Positions 62,101 through 64,000 of a stretch of 64,000 bases of DNA are shown here, one piece after another (the first letter of the stretch is position 1; every line of letters begins with the position of its first letter). The stretch is taken from positions 160,706,001 to 160,770,000 of the forward strand of contig NC_058368.1 of NCBI RefSeq assembly GCF_018350175.1, in the 5' to 3' direction. Below the pieces are notes generated by a model. The model worked only from the letters and a program-made list of their open reading frames with translations. It ran no database searches and had not been told where the DNA came from. The position numbers were made by a program, and so were the translations under genes. This stretch comes from Felis catus (lineage: Eukaryota).

Positions 62101-62783
62101 CACATTAGTTTAATATTCAACCAGTATTTACTAAATACCAAATAGTTATAAATCATGTTATAAATCCTGGAAAGCCATCAAAGATATAAAAAGCATACAA
62201 CATGTATGAGTCACTATAGCATATTAAAATAACAAATGTATCCAATACACAAGATTAGAAAAGACTAGCGAATAAGTGCTAATGTACTTAATCAAAAGTT
62301 CTGGTCCAAGGTATAGGTTGACGTGCTAATTGAGAAGAAGCACTGGATAGGTAGCACTATAGGTAGATAGGTTGAAAGCATTATGATTGGTTATGATATT
62401 TGGCCTTCTCCAACTGGTCATAATGTGAAAGTGGGCACAAGTATGAGGTAAGGTATCAGTTATTGATTTAGGGCTGACTGGGGTCGATGGCCATACAGTG
62501 TATGGTTCAGCTTCTTGGATTGGTTCTATTTTTATATGTGGTCTGGCATTGTCTGTTTATATATTCAGTCTCCCATTACTACTGCAATGACATCCTGTCA
62601 TTATAAAGGAAGACTTATAATTCTTTTATATCATCATCCTCATACACTTTTTCATCACACATTAACCCTGTTTTATCAAACCCTGCAGCATATTTGAAAA
62701 AAACGGTAGTAATAATAAATGTCCAAAATAACTAAGTTTAACATTATGGATTAGTTATTTGTGGTTTAAATGGCTTTATTTTC

Positions 62784-62995
62784 TTTACACTTATTTATTT
62801 ATTTTTGAGAGACAGAGAGAGACAGAGCACAAACAGGAGATGGGCAAAGAGAGAGAGGGACACAGAATCCAAAGACAGGCTCCAGACTCCGAGCTGTCAG
62901 CACAGAGCCCAATGCAGGGCTCGAACCCACAAACTGCAAGATCATGACCTGAGTTGAAGTCCGACGCTCAACCGACTGAGCCACCCAGTAGCCCC
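62784..62995 (-). mobile_element. Feliform Can-SINE
   Basis: Perfect 17-bp TSD TAAATGGCTTTATTTTC (62767-62783, 62996-63012). Confidence 0.96.
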
Positions 62996-64000
62996 TAAAT
63001 GGCTTTATTTTCAAAGACGGACATCTGCTTTATGGGGAGGGAAAGAATTAAAGTTAATTTTAAAAATATGTGTAATATAATAGATTTTTAAATTGAATAT
63101 ATTCAAGTCACTAGGACTTCTAAAAGTCACAAAACACATAGAGCAAATTGATAGAATCATGAAAAGGTTTTGCATTCTTTTCACTGAAGAAGTGAGAAGA
63201 GTCAATGAGAGAGTAGAAATTTACTACTAAGGTTTAATAGGGCTAGGCTCCATGTTGGACATGTTGTGTACCCTGATCACTGCCCTCCTCCTCACCTTGT
63301 GATAGTGAAAGGTAAACAAAGTATCCAGATGATATAGTTGGAACCACTTTTCATCTCTGTAACTCTGAAAGTTCTAGGGGAGATTTTGGGAAACTAAGGT
63401 AAAAGGTAAATTGGTAAGGTCATAAGAAAATTTACTTGCATTAAGAATGTAGGAATTACCTTACATTTTTATATTCATGAGCATTTCTGAATTTTGAGAA
63501 TTTACTCTTTCACATATTCTGGTTATGTTAATGTTGATATGATTGCATATATGCATTGTTTTTCTTGTTTTCTTTATTGGCAACAGTGCCTAAAAAAACC
63601 TTTAACTGAAAAATTGAAGAGGCTCATTCTCCTTGTTTATTATGTAAGTTGCTCAGGGACCTGGTAATTTAATTAGCCAATTACTTGGATGACCCTCTCT
63701 ATCCTTACTATTACCTAGCTTTCAGTACAAACAGACCATGATAATAGAACAGAGTCAATATTTACTGTCAAGTGTTTGTGAAAGCTATGTGGTATTAAGT
63801 ACTCCTATGATAATTTAGCATTGAATATTCTATAAGAATTAAGTACTTCTAAGTGGAAGTCCTGCTATCTATTATACATAAGAAATAATCCCTGTACTCC
63901 AGTATATGAATGTTATGGAAAGCTAGTCATGTGAATGCATAACTCTCATAAAAGATTAAAAGTGTGTAATGTCTAGAGGAACCATAAAGTCATATGTTTT

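Noticed and set aside
62389..62453. Open frame ending at GAG|gtaagg
   Set aside because: No polypyrimidine tract upstream and no recognisable product
1704..63014. Recurrent ORFs with motifs such as GAWVAQSV, SSSPASGS, LEPVSDSVSPSL
   Set aside because: Translations of Can-SINE copies, not a gene family

Overview
AT-rich mammalian DNA, very probably cat or another felid: it carries about 29 carnivore tRNA-derived Can-SINEs, seven of them near-consensus young SINEC_Fc-type copies with perfect target-site duplications (TSDs). I found no protein-coding exon, RNA gene, CpG island or processed pseudogene that I can support. The supplied ORFs come from SINEs, (TA)n tracts, decayed L1/L2/LTR sequence or chance. 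The window looks intergenic or deep intronic. It contains layered transposon remnants: L1, L2, MIR, MaLR/ERV solo LTRs, MER5A and a Tigger13a-like element. Repeat family names are assigned from memory of consensus sequences, not from a search, and the boundaries of old elements are approximate. I cannot support a new biological system here. The best leads are: a 90-bp fold-back made of two fused SINE 5' heads next to an inverted (TG)/(CA) pair; a candidate 51-nt minus-strand exon; a cluster of RFX X-box-like motifs; a G-rich insert in a SINE B-box region; a close inverted pair of young SINEs; and a 263-bp higher-order TA-rich tandem repeat.
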